64,000 nucleotides of DNA. Origin: an uncultured Acidimicrobiales bacterium. Lineage in GTDB: Bacteria; Actinomycetota; Acidimicrobiia; Acidimicrobiales; UBA10347. Position numbers and translations under genes: made by a program. Below are positions 28,111-38,064 of the stretch, one piece after another. Numbering within the stretch: the stretch's first letter is position 1; each line of letters opens with the position of its first letter. The stretch is from contig CAWUSE010000023.1 in the NCBI GenBank assembly GCA_963925805.1, positions 65,098-129,097 of the forward strand, given 5' to 3'. Below the pieces are notes generated by a model, which saw nothing but the letters and a program-made list of their open reading frames with translations, was not told where the DNA came from and ran no database searches.

Positions 28111-28704
28111 ATGGCACGCACAGCTGAACGTTCGCGCACGACAAAAGAAACTGATATCGACATTTCGATCGATCTCGATGGGGGTTCCGTCGACTGTGAC
28201 ACGGGGATCCCGTTCTTCGATCACATGCTCGACCAACTTGGCCGACACGGCAGTTTTGGCCTGAAGGTTCACGCCAAAGGCGACCTGGAAATCGACACTC
28301 ACCACACGGTCGAAGATGTGGGTATCGCCCTCGGCGCGTGTTTTGGTGAAGCACTCGGCGACAAGGCTGGTGTTCGCCGGTTTGCGACAGCTTCTTGCCC
28401 CCTCGACGAGGCTCTCGTTGATGTCGCACTTGACCTAAGCGGCCGTCCATTCCTCGTATACGAGATTGACCCGCCTGGAGAGAAGATCTTGGGCACGCCA
28501 CCTTTTGATCCACAGTTGGTCGAAGAGTTCTGGCGGGCCTTTGTGACCAGCGCAGGAATTACGCTGCACCTGATCCTGGTCCGGGGCAAGAACACCCACC
28601 ACATCATCGAGTCGACATTCAAGGGTGCGGCTCGAGCATTGAAAGACGCCGTGCGTGTCGAGGGCACCGAGGTGCCATCGACCAAGGGCACACTGAGTGC
28701 CTAA
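28111..28704 (+). CDS. hisB: Imidazoleglycerol-phosphate dehydratase
   Basis: ATG 28111 opens MARTAERSRTTKETDIDISIDLDG. Also DTGIPFFDHML, DTHHTVEDVGIALG, and NTHHIIESTFKG. The listed ORF start at 28051 overlaps hisC. Confidence 0.95.
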   Translation: MARTAERSRTTKETDIDISIDLDGGSVDCDTGIPFFDHMLDQLGRHGSFGLKVHAKGDLEIDTHHTVEDVGIALGACFGEALGDKAGVRRFATASCPLDEALVDVALDLSGRPFLVYEIDPPGEKILGTPPFDPQLVEEFWRAFVTSAGITLHLILVRGKNTHHIIESTFKGAARALKDAVRVEGTEVPSTKGTLSA

Positions 28705-29320
28705 TCCACGTATTGCTGTAATCGACTATGGCATCGGCAATCTGCGGTCCGCCGAGAAGTCTTTGCAGCGGGTTGGGGCCGACGCGGTGCTGACCAACGA
28801 CCCCGATGTAATCGCCGCCGCCCACGCGGTTGTCCTGCCTGGCGTCGGCAATTTCGGCCGCTGTATGCAGGCTCTGGACCAGGCAGGTCTGACTGGTGCC
28901 GCCATCGATGCAGCGAACGACAAACGGCCATTTCTCGGCATCTGCGTTGGAATGCAGATGCTGTTCGAAGGAAGCGATGAGAGCCCTGATCAACCGGGCC
29001 TGGGGGTTTTACCTGGCCGAGTCGTGTTGTTGCCTGACCATGTAAAGCGCCCTCAGATGCAGTGGAATCCCATCACCTCGAGCGCTTCTCACCCATTGAC
29101 TGAACCGTTGGTTGGGCAATGGATGTATTTCGTTCACAGCTACGCCGTGATCGACACACCGGCAGCGTTGGCCACGTGTGACTACGGCGGGCCCATGGTT
29201 GCCGCCGCTGGTGGCGACCATATTGTTGCTACCCAGTTTCATCCCGAGAAGTCTGGCCAGGCTGGCCTTGGGTTCCTGCGTAGTTTCGTTGAACAAATCC
29301 CGACAGGTGTTCCGACATGA
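28697..29320 (+). CDS. hisH: Imidazole glycerol phosphate synthase, glutaminase subunit
   Basis: IAVIDYGIGNLRS, GICVGMQML (catalytic Cys), and QFHPEKS. Confidence 0.94.
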   Translation: MPNPRIAVIDYGIGNLRSAEKSLQRVGADAVLTNDPDVIAAAHAVVLPGVGNFGRCMQALDQAGLTGAAIDAANDKRPFLGICVGMQMLFEGSDESPDQPGLGVLPGRVVLLPDHVKRPQMQWNPITSSASHPLTEPLVGQWMYFVHSYAVIDTPAALATCDYGGPMVAAAGGDHIVATQFHPEKSGQAGLGFLRSFVEQIPTGVPT

Positions 29321-30054
29321 AGCTCTATCCAGCCATCGATATTCGCGGTGGAAATTGTGTGCGCCTTTACCAGGGTGATTACGACCGAGAGACGGTCTAC
29401 GGGGACAATCCGGCTGACCAAGCTGCAGCGTTCGCTGACGAAGGCGCGGCCTGGATCCACTGCGTCGACCTGGATGCCGCTCGTAGTGGAGACCAACAGA
29501 ACCTGGCGTCCATCGCTGCGATTGCCGAACGGGTCGATGTACCCCTGCAGGTTGGCGGGGGAGTGCGCACCGTCGAGGCAGCCAAACGACTGTGGGATGC
29601 AGGCGTTACCCGTGTCGTAATCGGGACGGCTGCAGTGCAGAACCCTGAACTGGTGCGCGAGCTAGCGCCGCAGGGGCAGATTGCGGTGGGGCTCGACGCA
29701 TGGGGCACCGATATCGCCGTGGCGGGTTGGGAAGAACGAACCGGCCAGGATCTGTTCGAAACAGTGACATCATTCGCTGATGCTCGGGTGGCTGCGTTCG
29801 TCGTCACCGAGATCGCTCGCGATGGCACTATGGAGGGCCCTGATCTGGACGGACTCAGCAAGGTGCTTGCGACGACCGTTGTACCTGTAATCGCCTCGGG
29901 TGGGGTCGGCACGCTCGAGCATCTCCGTCTGCTTGTTGGGCTCCAAGCAGACGGTCGAAGGCTCGAAGGTGTCATTGCTGGTCGGGCTATTTACGAGCAG
30001 GCATTTACGGTGTCTCAAGCCGTGGCAGCGTTGCAAGAAGGCGTCGTAGCATGA
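29317..30054 (+). CDS. hisA: ProFAR isomerase HisA
   Basis: [38 protein letters not shown], and IASGGVG. Confidence 0.92.
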   Translation: MKLYPAIDIRGGNCVRLYQGDYDRETVYGDNPADQAAAFADEGAAWIHCVDLDAARSGDQQNLASIAAIAERVDVPLQVGGGVRTVEAAKRLWDAGVTRVVIGTAAVQNPELVRELAPQGQIAVGLDAWGTDIAVAGWEERTGQDLFETVTSFADARVAAFVVTEIARDGTMEGPDLDGLSKVLATTVVPVIASGGVGTLEHLRLLVGLQADGRRLEGVIAGRAIYEQAFTVSQAVAALQEGVVA

Positions 30055-30824
30055 AATCGGTTCGAGTAATACCGTGTCTCGACGTTGACAAGGGCCGCGT
30101 CGTCAAGGGCGTGAACTTCCTCGACATCCGTGACGCAGGTGATCCCGTCGAACTCGCGGCCCGTTACGACGCACAAGGCGCCGACGAAGTTATTTTTCTT
30201 GATATTACGGCCTCGAACGAACGACGTAACACGACCGTCGAGATGGCGCGTCGAGCCGCCGAAGAGTTGTACATCCCGTTCACCGTCGGGGGCGGGGTCC
30301 GCAGTGTCGAAGACGCCCGCAAATTACTTCGTGTTGGTGCAGACAAGGTCGGGGTGAACACGGCCGCTGTCGAACGGCCCCAGGTGCTGGCCGAGATCGC
30401 AGCGGAGTTCGGCGACCAGTGTGTAGTGGTCGCCATCGATGCCAAGCGCAACCCCGGAGCGACCCCTAGCGGCTTTGAGGTCTATATCCATGGCGGGCGA
30501 ACGCCGACGGGTCTTGATGCGGTCGAGTGGGCGGCGCAGGCAACAGCGGGAGGAGCCGGCGAGGTCTTGCTGACTTCGATGGATGGCGACGGCACCCGCT
30601 CTGGCTACGACAATGAGCTCACCCGAGCGGTGGCCGGCGCAGTCGGCGTGCCGGTGATCGCTAGTGGCGGTGTCGGCACACTCAGTCATCTCGTCGAGGG
30701 TGTCACACAAGGACATGCCGATGCCGTGCTCGCGGCCTCGATCTTCCACTTTGGCGAGCACACCGTGGCCGAGGCCAAAGCAGCGCTTGCACAGGCAGGC
30801 GTGACCGTTCGCCCTGTCGGATAG
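30051..30824 (+). CDS. hisF: Imidazole glycerol phosphate synthase, cyclase subunit
   Basis: [37 protein letters not shown], and LTSMDGDGT. Confidence 0.95.
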   Translation: MKSVRVIPCLDVDKGRVVKGVNFLDIRDAGDPVELAARYDAQGADEVIFLDITASNERRNTTVEMARRAAEELYIPFTVGGGVRSVEDARKLLRVGADKVGVNTAAVERPQVLAEIAAEFGDQCVVVAIDAKRNPGATPSGFEVYIHGGRTPTGLDAVEWAAQATAGGAGEVLLTSMDGDGTRSGYDNELTRAVAGAVGVPVIASGGVGTLSHLVEGVTQGHADAVLAASIFHFGEHTVAEAKAALAQAGVTVRPVG

Positions 30825-30834
30825 CGTTGCCCCA

Positions 30835-31218
30835 GTGAGCACGATCCACACTGCCAGCGAGAGCAAATCGACGAGCAAGAGTAACGGGTTGAATCCTGAT
30901 GACAAGCTCCCGATCAAGATGCTAAATGACCGGATTCTGGTCAATATCGACACGGGCGAAGGTGAGCGCCGTACCAACGGTGGGATCCTCATTCCTGCTA
31001 CGGCTCAGATTGGAAAACGACTCACGTGGGCTGCTGTGGAGTCGGTCGGTCCAGATGTGCGTTCGGTCGAACTAGGTGACCAGGTGCTGTTCAATCCCAA
31101 TGACCGGTACGAGGTCGAAGTCGGGGGTACCGACTACATCATTTTGCGCGAACGTGATATCCACGCAGTCGCAGCGGAGCGCCTTGAAGAGGGCGGCAGT
31201 ACCGGCCTCTACCTCTAA
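30835..31218 (+). CDS. GroES/Cpn10-fold protein with an N-terminal extension and a C-terminal ...GGSTGLYL tail
   Basis: IKMLNDRILV, GGILIPATAQ, VGPD, GDQVLF and DYIILRERDIHAV align by eye with the GroES segments IKPLEDKILV, SGLVIPDTAK, VGPG, GDTVIY and EYLILSARDVLAV. The end reads acc ggc ctc tac ctc taa. Confidence 0.75.
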   Translation: MSTIHTASESKSTSKSNGLNPDDKLPIKMLNDRILVNIDTGEGERRTNGGILIPATAQIGKRLTWAAVESVGPDVRSVELGDQVLFNPNDRYEVEVGGTDYIILRERDIHAVAAERLEEGGSTGLYL

Positions 31219-31228
31219 GTAGCGCACT

Positions 31229-32779
31229 ATGTCATCAGGACCGAGCCGAGAACAGTTTCACGAGTGGGCCGCGACCTACACCGTCCTGCCAATATGGCGC
31301 GAGCTCGTGGCAGACCTGACAACGCCTGTCGCTGCGTTCGCTCGACTTGTGCGAGATGAACCAGGTTTCATCCTCGAATCGGTCGAGAACGGCGAGCGAT
31401 GGAGCCGGTTCTCGTTCGTAGGCCGCAGACCAAGAGCCACGCTGACCGCCAAGGGGCTCGTGGTTGAGATTGACGGTGATCTCGGCATCGACGTGCCGAC
31501 TGACCAAGGAATTTTGGCTATCATTGACGCGCTGCTCGAGGTTTACCGGTCGCCTATCGTGGACGAACTACCACCAATGCACGGTGGGCTGGTCGGCTAC
31601 CTCGGGTACGACGTTGTACGAGAGATCGAGAGCTTGCCCGATGCGCCCGAGGATCAACTTGATCTTCCCGACGCCTCGCTGATGATCGTTGGCCAGATTG
31701 CTGCATTCGATCATTGGCGACAGCGAGTTGCGCTGATTGAGAATGTGGTGGTGGATGCGTCGATGACTGCCGACGAACTCAACGACATCTACGACGAAGC
31801 GCTCGTTCGGCTCGATGGGTTTGCGGCTGATGGTGCGTCGGGCCTAGACGAGCCACTTCTTGCGCCGCCAAATAGCGACGACCCGTTACCACAGGTCCGC
31901 AGCACGATGTCCGGCGGCGATTTTCAACGCGCTGTCGGTGCGGCCAAGGAGCTCATTAGCGCTGGTGATATTTTCCAGGTTGTGTTGTCTCAGCGCTTCG
32001 ACTTCGAACTCGGCGCAGATCCGTTCGACGTGTACCGGGTGCTGCGTCAGATCAACCCGAGCCCCTACATGTACTTCGTCCGCACCGCTGAGGTAAGCCT
32101 GGCTGGAGCCTCACCTGAGCCGCTGGTCAGGGTCGAATCGGGGCGTGTCATCAGCCGCCCAATCGCGGGAACTCGCCGCCGTGGAAAGACCGATGCAGAA
32201 GATCGTGCACTAGGCGCAGAACTGGCTGAAGACCCCAAGGAACGGGCCGAGCATGTCATGCTTGTCGACCTTGCGCGTAACGACATCGGGCGAGTCATTG
32301 AGTACGGCTCGATGGAGATCGACGAGCTCATGGTGCTCGAGCACTACAGCCATGTGATGCACCTGACCTCACAAGTATCGGGCGAACTTCGCGACGGGCT
32401 TAGCCCGGTGGACGTTATTCGTGCCACGTTGCCGGCTGGCACGTTGTCTGGGGCGCCCAAGGTCCGTGCAATGGAAATCATCGACGAGTTCGAGCCATCG
32501 AAGCGAGGTCCCTATGGTGGTGTCGTGGGGTACATCGACTTCAACGGCAATCTCGACACGGCCATCTGTATCCGCACGATGGTAATTACCGCCGACGGGG
32601 CCTCGGTCCAGGCAGGTGCCGGTGTCGTCTACGACAGTGACCCCGAACTTGAGCACCAAGAGTGTTACCACAAGGCGAGTGCACTACTGGCTGCAGTCCC
32701 GGCGGCCGAACGGCTTACCGCTGCTAGACGAGCTCAAGACAGCGCACGCAACGACACACAAGGAACGGCTTCATTATGA
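31229..32779 (+). CDS. trpE: Anthranilate synthase component I
   Basis: LESVENGERWSRFSF, INPSPYMYF, GTRRRG, MEIIDE.E...RGPYGG, and CIRT. Confidence 0.95.
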   Translation: MSSGPSREQFHEWAATYTVLPIWRELVADLTTPVAAFARLVRDEPGFILESVENGERWSRFSFVGRRPRATLTAKGLVVEIDGDLGIDVPTDQGILAIIDALLEVYRSPIVDELPPMHGGLVGYLGYDVVREIESLPDAPEDQLDLPDASLMIVGQIAAFDHWRQRVALIENVVVDASMTADELNDIYDEALVRLDGFAADGASGLDEPLLAPPNSDDPLPQVRSTMSGGDFQRAVGAAKELISAGDIFQVVLSQRFDFELGADPFDVYRVLRQINPSPYMYFVRTAEVSLAGASPEPLVRVESGRVISRPIAGTRRRGKTDAEDRALGAELAEDPKERAEHVMLVDLARNDIGRVIEYGSMEIDELMVLEHYSHVMHLTSQVSGELRDGLSPVDVIRATLPAGTLSGAPKVRAMEIIDEFEPSKRGPYGGVVGYIDFNGNLDTAICIRTMVITADGASVQAGAGVVYDSDPELEHQECYHKASALLAAVPAAERLTAARRAQDSARNDTQGTASL

Positions 32780-33657
32780 CGATCGATGTTCGAACACAGC
32801 TAGGTGTCATTTCTGGCCAGCGCCAAGCGGTGATCGCCGAAGGTCCCGACGCATTGAAGTTTTTACAAGGCCAACTCAGCCAGGACCTTGATTCACTTGC
32901 GCCGGGTGAGGCTAGTTGGTCGCTGCTACTCCATCCACAAGGCAAGATTTCGGCCTGGTTCAGGATCACCCGAGCAACTAACGACCGTTTCGTTATGGAC
33001 CTGGATGCTGGATGGGCCGACGAGGTGCTCACTCGGCTGAACCGGTTTAAACTCCGCACCGACATCTACATCACGCTCGCGCCTTGGACATCGCTGACCA
33101 TCGTCGGCCCTGGTGCCGACGACCTGGCGGTAGACGGTGTCGAGCACGACATGGTCACTTCGTGGGCCGGTGTTCAGGTTCGGGATGTATTCGGCCCTGA
33201 TCTGAACGAACAATCAGTCGACGTTCTGCCAATGAGCGCGACCGAGCTGGATGCCGTGCGTATCGAGGCTGGCGTCCCGAAGATGGGCGTTGAACTCGAC
33301 GAATCGACTATCCCGGCGGCAGCTGGCATCGTCGAGCAGAGTGTGAGTTTCACCAAGGGTTGTTATACCGGTCAAGAACTTGTCGCACGAATAGACAGTC
33401 GCGGTAACAATGTGCCGAAGCGCTTACTTTCGGTGGTTCTGTCAGGCGATATCGTCCCCGGATCCCAAGCAGTGATCACGGCCGATGATGCCTCGATCGG
33501 GATGATTACTTCGGCGTCGTATTCCGCTCATCTTGACGCAGTAGTGGGCCTTGCATATATCAGCAGGGCGGGCGCCGCTGGCCAGACGGTCACAGTCGAT
33601 ATCGACGGAACTGCAGTCACTGCCGAGCTGCGAGAACTTCCGCTCGTCCGAGGTTGA
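32776..33657 (+). CDS. ygfZ: YgfZ-type folate-binding protein (aminomethyltransferase fold)
   Basis: The signature FTKGCYTGQELVARIDSRG, plus FLQGQLSQD near the N-terminus. Confidence 0.8.
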   Translation: MTIDVRTQLGVISGQRQAVIAEGPDALKFLQGQLSQDLDSLAPGEASWSLLLHPQGKISAWFRITRATNDRFVMDLDAGWADEVLTRLNRFKLRTDIYITLAPWTSLTIVGPGADDLAVDGVEHDMVTSWAGVQVRDVFGPDLNEQSVDVLPMSATELDAVRIEAGVPKMGVELDESTIPAAAGIVEQSVSFTKGCYTGQELVARIDSRGNNVPKRLLSVVLSGDIVPGSQAVITADDASIGMITSASYSAHLDAVVGLAYISRAGAAGQTVTVDIDGTAVTAELRELPLVRG

Positions 33658-34235
33658 AAATGGCGGTGGATCACTACAACACGTTGGGTGTGATCCCCAG
33701 TGCAACCACAGCAGACCTTCGTGCGGCCTATCTGAAGCTGGCTCGGGCGAATCATCCCGACAGGTTCGACAGCCACGGCCGAGATGCGGCACAGGTCCGC
33801 ATGCAGCAAATAAACGAGGCATGGAACGTTCTAGGCGTCGCCCGCAAGCGACGCGAGTACGACGTCAAACAACAGCGACCAACTTCGCGACAGGGATCAG
33901 CCCCAGGATCGGGTTCGGCCTCGCATGGACCGGGCCAGCAGCGCCGTGGTCATGCGCACTTCAGGCCATTCGACGATGGCCCAATTGACCGGTCCGAGAT
34001 TGATATCGATCTCGACAGTACGCCCATAGTCGGAAGCAAGGGCATCCCTCGGTGGGTCACGTTTTTGCCGGTAGTGCTCTTTGTGTTTGGCATTCTCACG
34101 CTCGGATTTGGCACGGTGGTCGACGCGCCCGGCGTGTTCGCTCTCGGCATCGTGTCGCTCGTCTTTGGTGGCGTATGTTTCGTGATGCTGCCGCTTGTCG
34201 TTATGAGCCGCGCCGAAAGAGATCCAGATCTGTGA
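33654..34235 (+). CDS. J-domain (DnaJ-like) membrane protein
   Basis: DHYNTLGV...DLRAAYLKLARANHPDR (HPD motif), and two C-terminal TM helices (WVTFLPVVLFVFGILTLGF and FALGIVSLVFGGVCFVMLPLVV). The likely start is ATG 33660. Confidence 0.75.
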   Translation: MKMAVDHYNTLGVIPSATTADLRAAYLKLARANHPDRFDSHGRDAAQVRMQQINEAWNVLGVARKRREYDVKQQRPTSRQGSAPGSGSASHGPGQQRRGHAHFRPFDDGPIDRSEIDIDLDSTPIVGSKGIPRWVTFLPVVLFVFGILTLGFGTVVDAPGVFALGIVSLVFGGVCFVMLPLVVMSRAERDPDL

Positions 34236-35020
34236 CTATTACCTACCTCGATAAGATTCTGGCTGCACACCGAGTGGTCGCCCTGGCAGATGAGCGAGAC
34301 AGCGGCGAACTCCTAGCGCTGTGCCTGCAAATGCCATCAGCACGCGATTTCGCGCGGGCGCTTAGAGCACCAGGGCTGTCGGTGATCGCCGAGGTCAAGC
34401 GCCGTTCTCCGTCAAAGGGCGACTTGGCAGTTGATCTTGACCCGGTGGAGGTTGCCGTCGCATACGCCACGGGTGGAGCAGCTTGCCTGTCGGTTCTGAC
34501 CGACGAGGACCATTTTGGCGGTTCACCCGCAGACCTTCAGGCCGCTCGTGGCGCTGTTGGGCTTCCAGTCATCCGCAAGGACTTCACGGTTGCACTCCAC
34601 GATGTGTACGACGCCAGGTTGATGGGAGCAGACGCGGTGTTGTTGATCGCAGCGGCTCTGAACGACGATGAGCTAGCCGAGTTCTCGGCTGCTGCTTCGG
34701 CTGTTGGCTTGACGGCTCTCTTCGAGATTCACGACGAAGTCGAATTGGCGCGGGTACTCGCTGTGGGCGCTCAGGTCATCGGGGTGAACCAACGTGACCT
34801 GGTCACTTTTGAAGTTGACCAGGACCGAGCAGTGCGCATGGCTCCGCAAATCCCTGCCGGGCTGGTACGCGTTGCTGAGTCTGGCGTGCGAGGCCCCGAA
34901 GACGCATCCGTTTTATACAGCGCTGGTTTTGATGCGGTGCTCGTCGGCGAGTCAGTGGTTACTGCTGGCGAACGGTCCGCAGCGGTGAAGGCGCTTCGAG
35001 CCGTCACCCGCGAGCTGTGA
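34232..35020 (+). CDS. trpC: Indole-3-glycerol-phosphate synthase
   Basis: GTG 34232 (a GTGA overlap with the preceding stop) opens VTITYLDKILAAH. Also SVIAEVKRRSPSKG, LSVLTDEDHFGGS, PVIRKDF, and IGVNQRDL. The listed ORF start at 34052 overlaps the J-domain gene. Confidence 0.92.
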   Translation: MTITYLDKILAAHRVVALADERDSGELLALCLQMPSARDFARALRAPGLSVIAEVKRRSPSKGDLAVDLDPVEVAVAYATGGAACLSVLTDEDHFGGSPADLQAARGAVGLPVIRKDFTVALHDVYDARLMGADAVLLIAAALNDDELAEFSAAASAVGLTALFEIHDEVELARVLAVGAQVIGVNQRDLVTFEVDQDRAVRMAPQIPAGLVRVAESGVRGPEDASVLYSAGFDAVLVGESVVTAGERSAAVKALRAVTREL

Positions 35021-35030
35021 CTCGCAAGCT

Positions 35031-35504
35031 GTGACTCGCAGTATCCGGCCAGTAGAGCCAACTGATCTGGGTGAAATATTTACGCTGCAACGCGCTGCAT
35101 TCGTCGACGAGGCGCGTCTGTACGAGACGCCATTCGTGCCAGCGCTAGACGAGACGGTGGATGAGTTCACCGAACGTATGCAAGCTTCTAACTCGTGGGC
35201 AGCAATGCAAGGCAACCGGATTGTTGGAGCCGTGAGCTTGAGGACGGGCCGGTGTGGGGTGGCTAATGTCGAGCGACTTATGGTCGCTCCTGACTGTCGA
35301 GGGCAAGGAATTTCGTCGGTGTTGCTTCAGGTTGTCGAAGATGCTGCTCGCTTGGCGGGTCGTCAATCGCTTCAACTGATCGTGGGTGAACTTGCGACCA
35401 ACAACCGTGCGATCTATCGCCATCTCGGCTGGGTCGAAGAAAGCAGCGAATACCTCGTTGGATTCGAGCATGTGCTTCTGCATGTAATGGTGAAGACGTT
35501 CTAA
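35031..35504 (+). CDS. GNAT-family N-acetyltransferase
   Basis: RLMVAPDCRGQGISSVLL (Q/RxxGxG/A motif) and NNRAIYRHLGW. Confidence 0.75.
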   Translation: MTRSIRPVEPTDLGEIFTLQRAAFVDEARLYETPFVPALDETVDEFTERMQASNSWAAMQGNRIVGAVSLRTGRCGVANVERLMVAPDCRGQGISSVLLQVVEDAARLAGRQSLQLIVGELATNNRAIYRHLGWVEESSEYLVGFEHVLLHVMVKTF

Positions 35505-35505
35505 C

Positions 35506-36108
35506 GTGGTAGATCCGCGAGTGCTGCACGACGCACAGCTCGACGTATTTGAGATAGCTAGCATCAGCGAAGACGAGCTGGCACAGGTCGACGAACAAGA
35601 GCCGCTTGTTCTCGAAGGGTTCCGTCTTGACGACAGAGCAGCGCAGGAACTGATAGGTGTCCCGCTAGAGGTCAGCGGTTGCGTTGTCGAGAACTGCGAT
35701 TTGTCGTGTTTTGAGTTTTTTGGTGAGAGAAATTCTCTATTCTCTGGCTGTAAACTCCGAAGTACGCGATTCGCCACAGTGGTTCGGGATGTAGTTTTTG
35801 ATTGCTCCCAGCTCACCGAATGCCGGTTCCGGATGGCGACGTTGGAGCGAGTGGTCTTTGAGCGGTCTCAACTTCTGAGTTGTGATTTCTATGGTTCAGA
35901 GCTGCGTATCGTCTCCTTTTCGGGCAGCAAGGTCGAAGGCGTTGGCTTCGACCGCTGCACGCTCACCGATGTTGACCTGACTAAAGCCATCGACCTGCAA
36001 ATAGGCGACCCTCGCACCTTGATGGGCGCGTCGATGTGCGAAACGCAAATGCCACTCATTGCCGCTCGGTTGGCCCAACTGTCGGGCATCAACGTTGGAG
36101 AGTGCTAA
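35506..36108 (+). CDS. Pentapeptide-repeat protein (Qnr/MfpA-sized, about 200 aa)
   Basis: Consecutive A(D/N)LxX-type pentads, for example CDLSCFEFFGE, CKLRSTRFAT, CSQLTECRFRM, SQLLSCDFYG and CTLTDVDLTK. Confidence 0.75.
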   Translation: MVDPRVLHDAQLDVFEIASISEDELAQVDEQEPLVLEGFRLDDRAAQELIGVPLEVSGCVVENCDLSCFEFFGERNSLFSGCKLRSTRFATVVRDVVFDCSQLTECRFRMATLERVVFERSQLLSCDFYGSELRIVSFSGSKVEGVGFDRCTLTDVDLTKAIDLQIGDPRTLMGASMCETQMPLIAARLAQLSGINVGEC

Positions 36109-36155
36109 GCGCTGCCAATCGACCCCGGCACTAAGGGTCACGACTCCTTCCTGGC

Positions 36156-36860
36156 GTGGCACTAGAGTCAGGATTGGTGTTTGTAAAGATCTGTGGGATA
36201 ACCAACGAGGCCGATGCGCTGCTAGCGGTAGCTATGGGCGCCGATGCAGTCGGCTTCATCTTCGCTGCGGGATCAACGCGACAGATCGCGCCCGCTCGTG
36301 CCGGCGACATAGCCAAGCGACTCCCACGTGACATCTTGACCGTGGGAGTGTTTCGTAACCATGCGCCTCGGAAGGTCGTAGAGATCGTCAATCGCCAAGG
36401 CCTGGGTGCGGCTCAGCTGCATGGCGAAGAAAATGTCGAAGACACGTTGTATGTCCAAGAACGGGTACCTCGCACTATGAAGGTATTCGTTGCTGGGAGC
36501 GACAAGCTGAGCCAAGCCCGCAAGTGGGGGACCGACCCAATCTTGGTCGATGCACCCAAACTCGGCGACACGTCAGCGTTGGTGCCAGGCGAGTCCTATG
36601 ACTATCGCCTCGCTAGGCAGGCGCCATCTGGCCTTCACGTCGTGCTTGCAGGCGGCCTACACCCCGGCAATGTTGCTAATGCGATCTTGCTGGCCCGCCC
36701 ATGGGGCGTCGATGTCGCCAGCGGCGTCGAGGCGGAACCTGGGAAGAAAGATCCCAAGCTCGTGGCTGCATTCGTAAAGAATGCCAAAAGTGTCTTGCTG
36801 CCTGACTGCGAAGAACCAGTGACGGGCCCCTACGATTGGGAAGCCGACGCAGCGCTCTAG
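36156..36860 (+). CDS. trpF: Phosphoribosylanthranilate isomerase
   Basis: [36 protein letters not shown], and GVDVASGVE. Confidence 0.88.
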   Translation: MALESGLVFVKICGITNEADALLAVAMGADAVGFIFAAGSTRQIAPARAGDIAKRLPRDILTVGVFRNHAPRKVVEIVNRQGLGAAQLHGEENVEDTLYVQERVPRTMKVFVAGSDKLSQARKWGTDPILVDAPKLGDTSALVPGESYDYRLARQAPSGLHVVLAGGLHPGNVANAILLARPWGVDVASGVEAEPGKKDPKLVAAFVKNAKSVLLPDCEEPVTGPYDWEADAAL

Positions 36861-36900
36861 CTGCTGGTTGTGTACCCCAACTGCCACTTTGAAAGGTGAC

Positions 36901-38064
36901 ATGCCGATGACGATGACCGATCCGGGTCCTTCCGGTCGCTTCGGCGAATTTGGCGGGCGCTTTGTGCCCGAAACTCTGGTTCCAGCGTGCATCGAACTTG
37001 AGCATGCGTTCGCCGAAGCATGGGCCGACCCGGCCTACCGAGCCGAGCTGGATCGTCTGCAGCGCGACTACACCGGCCGCCCAAATCCAATTACTGACTG
37101 CCCCCGCTTCTCTGCAGAGTTCGGCTTCACCTTGGTGATGAAGCGTGAAGACCTGAACCACACTGGATCCCACAAGATTAACAACGTGCTCGGTCAGGCC
37201 TTGTTAGCCCAGCGCATGGGAAAGACCCGCCTGGTGGCAGAGACTGGCGCCGGCCAGCATGGTGTTGCAACTGCAACCGCAGCAGCGCTGCTGGGCATGG
37301 ACTGCATGGTCTATATGGGCGAAGTTGATATGAAGCGCCAGGAACTCAACGTCTTTCGTATGAAGCTTCTTGGCGCTGAGGTTGTTCCCGCACTGAGCGG
37401 TAGCCGGACACTCAAGGACGCTGTGAACGAGGCCATGCGTGACTGGGTCGCCACGGTCGAGGACTCGCATTACTGTCTGGGTTCGGTCATGGGCCCGCAC
37501 CCGTATCCGTTTATGGTCCGCGAGTTCCACCGGGTCATTGGCACCGAGGCCCGGGAGCAATGTCTTGAGCGTTACGGTCGACACCCGGACGTGGTCACTG
37601 CCTGTGTAGGTGGCGGCTCGAATGCGGCCGGCATCTTCAGCGGTTTTGTCGACACCGATGCCGAACTCGTTGGTGTTGAACCTGCAGGCGGCGCAGCAGT
37701 TGGCGACGGCATCCCGGGCGTAGTCCACGGCATGTTGTCGTACCTGAAGCAAGACGAATTCGGGCAGGTACTCGAAGCTGTATCGATCTCCGCAGGGCTG
37801 GACTATCCAGGTGTTGGACCCGAACATTCGCATTTGGCTGCTATCGGTCGCGCCCGCTACGAACAGGTGACCGATGCCGAAGTCATCGAAGCATTCCAAG
37901 TCTTACCCCGCACAGAAGGCATCATCGCAGCGCTCGAGTGTGCGCACGCCCTTGCCTGGATGATCCGGGCCAAGGATGAACTTGCAGGCAAGCTTGTCCT
38001 GATGAATCTGTCAGGCCGAGGCGACAAAGATGTGAATCAGATGATGGGCATCCTCGAACTATGA
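36901..38064 (+). CDS. trpB: Tryptophan synthase beta chain
   Basis: ATG 36901 opens [26 protein letters not shown]. Also [14 protein letters not shown] (PLP lysine), [10 protein letters not shown], and GGGSNAAG. Confidence 0.95.
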   Translation: MPMTMTDPGPSGRFGEFGGRFVPETLVPACIELEHAFAEAWADPAYRAELDRLQRDYTGRPNPITDCPRFSAEFGFTLVMKREDLNHTGSHKINNVLGQALLAQRMGKTRLVAETGAGQHGVATATAAALLGMDCMVYMGEVDMKRQELNVFRMKLLGAEVVPALSGSRTLKDAVNEAMRDWVATVEDSHYCLGSVMGPHPYPFMVREFHRVIGTEAREQCLERYGRHPDVVTACVGGGSNAAGIFSGFVDTDAELVGVEPAGGAAVGDGIPGVVHGMLSYLKQDEFGQVLEAVSISAGLDYPGVGPEHSHLAAIGRARYEQVTDAEVIEAFQVLPRTEGIIAALECAHALAWMIRAKDELAGKLVLMNLSGRGDKDVNQMMGILEL

